Assembly: GCA_964106645.2 (NCBI GenBank)
Contig: OZ067044.1
Strand: one strand, 5' to 3'
Length of the DNA: 64,000 bases
Source of the DNA: Podarcis pityusensis
Lineage: Eukaryota
Shown here: positions 62,731 through 64,000 of the stretch, piece by piece
Position numbering within the stretch: the stretch's first letter is position 1
Layout: each line of letters starts with the position of its first letter
Position numbers and translations under genes: made by a program
The notes under the pieces: generated by a model
Database searches by the model: none
Told to the model about the DNA's origin: nothing
What the model saw: the letters and a program-made list of their open reading frames with translations, nothing else

Positions 62731-64000
62731 CTGCTCACCAACCTCCTCTTTGGCATTGGCATCCCCACAGTTGCCATCCACAAGAACCACCTGAGAGCTA
62801 TCATTGCATAGCAAATTTTCTGCCACCTGGATATGGGGTTTTGGGAAAGAGATCTGCTCTTTCCTCATCTCTGATGATAGACAGAGTTGGTAGGAATAAG
62901 GTAAAGTTCCTTCTTCATAGTTTGGTGGAAATATGACCTGCGCCTTAGAAAAAGCACTAGGTTCAAAGCACTGGAATAATTTGGGATTTCCTGATTGTCG
63001 AAGTTTCATGACAATGACCAGTATCACCGTCAGGAGGAATAAAAATGAGATCAATGCCAAAGCCAGCACCAAGTAAAACTGGAGATCAGAATGATGTTCT
63101 GTGTCACTGGATTGCTTAGTCATTTCCGGAAGTGCCTCTTGGAAGTTCTCGGCAATCACAAGGTTGAGGACCACAGTAGCTGAGAGTGGAGCCTTCCCAT
63201 TGTCCTTCACCAAGATGACCAGCTTCTGTTTCACAGCATCTTTCTCCAGAAGGGCTCGTGACGTCCTGATCTCTCCTGTGTGGGTCCCAATGGTGAAGAG
63301 GGCCGGCTCTGTGGCCTGCAGCACTTGGTAGGAGAGCCAGGCATTGTGCCCAGAGTCCGCGTCCACAGCCACCACTTTGGTCACTAGGTAGCCTGGCTCT
63401 GCCGAGTGAGGAACCATCTCAAACAAGGCAGAGCCCTCAACACCCGGGACAGGATACAGAACGCGAGGGCTGTTATCGTTCTGATCCAAAATGTACACCC
63501 ACACGGTGGCGTTGTTGCTGAGAGAGGGAGAGCCGCCATCTTGGGCCTTCACTTGGATCTGAAACTCCCGGAATTGCTCATAGTCAAAGGAGCGCTGTGC
63601 ATAGATAGTTCCCGTCTCAGAGTTGATGGAGACGTAAGAGGAGAGAGGCAGCTCCTCCATGTTGCTGTTGAGGATGGAGTAAGTGATACGTGAGTTGCGG
63701 TCCAGATCCGGATCCGAGGCTTTGATGGAGAAAATGGAGGCACCTGAGGGATTGTTTTCTGGCACAAAGACACTGTGGGTTGATTTTTCAAAGGCAGGGG
63801 GGTTGTCATTGATATCTGAAATCTGCAGGGAGATGGTTTTGTTGGAGGAGAGAGGGGGGCTACCTTTGTCAGTGGCCGTGATTGTGATGTTGTATCCTGA
63901 GGCTTTTTCTCTGTCCAATGGACTGTCTGTGTGGATTTTATAGTTGTTCTTAGATATAGATGCTATTTTAAATGGTACATTACTTTGTAGATGGCATGTA
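62731..64000 (-). CDS. PCDHG: Protocadherin gamma variable exon, gamma-B-like, B subfamily (gene 9; 5' part outside window)
   Basis: EC4-EC6/TM/tail nearly identical to genes 2, 5 and 7. Donor CAG|GTAAGT at 62731; runs off the window edge. Confidence 0.9.

Overview
Vertebrate genomic DNA, most likely a squamate reptile and probably a lacertid lizard (Sauria SINEs, CR1, RTE/Bov-B, Penelope and mariner/hAT MITE fragments). The window is part of the variable region of a clustered protocadherin-gamma (Pcdhg) locus, entirely on the minus strand. It holds eight complete and one 5'-truncated ~2.4 kb single-exon variable exons (signal peptide, EC1-EC6, TM, variable cytoplasmic part), each ending at a phase-0 GT donor. 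Eight are gamma-B-like: an 'M' subfamily (MERRH...), a 'B' subfamily (...VGEQ) and one chimera. One is gamma-A-like. Each complete exon has a 41-42 bp CSE/CTCF-type promoter element 125-272 bp upstream of the annotated ATG. No constant exons or C-type exons were seen. The locus type is well known and I cannot confirm a wholly new system. The most notable observations are: (1) five of eight CSEs lack the CpG of the canonical CGCT box; (2) a decayed second cytoplasmic tail with an intact consensus splice donor follows three B-type exons; (3) an Inr-like motif sits at a fixed 30 bp from the CSE; (4) patchwork gene conversion homogenises promoter/EC1 and EC5-6 but spares EC2-3; (5) many ghost Pcdh exons and orphan CSEs lie in the spacers; (6) there is a 119 bp near-perfect intronic inverted repeat. 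All alignments were done by eye.
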